A model generated the notes under the pieces. It was given only the letters and a program-made list of their open reading frames with translations, was not told the origin of the DNA and ran no database searches. A program made the position numbers and the translations under genes. Shown in pieces: positions 63,901-64,000 of a DNA stretch of 64,000 nucleotides; position 1 is the stretch's first letter, and each line of letters opens with the position of its first letter. The stretch spans positions 1,663,306-1,727,305 of the forward strand of contig NC_057755.1 of assembly GCF_004010195.1 (NCBI RefSeq), given 5' to 3'. This DNA comes from Chiloscyllium plagiosum. Its lineage: Eukaryota.

Positions 63901-64000
63901 AAGAAAGTTGAAGTGTAATTAACAGAGATCTTGTTTAGTCAACTGGTTGACACAACACAGGAGCAATAGATGACAAAGCAGACATCCTTATTTCAGAGAA
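57989..64000 (+). mobile_element. Decayed Gypsy LTR retrotransposon (5' LTR about 57989-58669, gag, protease remnant), running off the window
   Basis: LTR tgtgac...ataaca; gag remnant with degenerate zinc knuckle CFHYGKIGHMKSYC (59627-60007). Resumes after the CR1 near 63522 with the protease-like VRILR...QSLLL. Confidence 0.75.
60178..63520 (-). mobile_element. CR1 LINE (ORF1 esterase-like part plus ORF2) nested in Gypsy
   Basis: VHVGINDIG...GSLHL (ORF1); HRPP, SDHN, AFDKVP, QGSALGP, FADGTK and RPHLEYCVQFWSP (ORF2). 3' catagaa repeats at about 60179-60193. Confidence 0.92.

Overview
This is repeat-dense vertebrate genomic DNA. The repeat repertoire (CR1 LINEs, HE1/V-SINE-like SINEs, Penelope-like elements, Gypsy, Tx1/L1, Rex1) and the receptor type suggest a cartilaginous fish (shark), which is an inference. 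The only host gene I can support is a two-exon class A GPCR of the GPR139/GPR142-like type. Its 67-nt coding exon 1 at 20188-20254 (missed by the ORF track, preceded by CCAAT and TATA boxes) splices across a 9754-nt intron to exon 2 at 30009-30883, giving an intact 313-aa 7TM protein. A paralogous pseudogene lies at 51558-53900, with a frameshift, two stops, a Penelope insertion, a 3' truncation and a decayed promoter. Both copies sit in a large modular unit that has been duplicated several times. Partial copies include a gene-less one (about 1-10600), a tandem 3'-end duplicate (about 33600-39470) and an inverted fragment (about 55990-57060), which points to a birth-and-death receptor cluster. 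Penelope-like elements of at least three families carry minimal hammerhead-ribozyme motifs. These include a tandem pair exactly 403 nt apart (retrozyme-like), and one micro-insertion forms a perfect 37-bp hairpin. Boundaries of decayed repeats were read by eye and are approximate.
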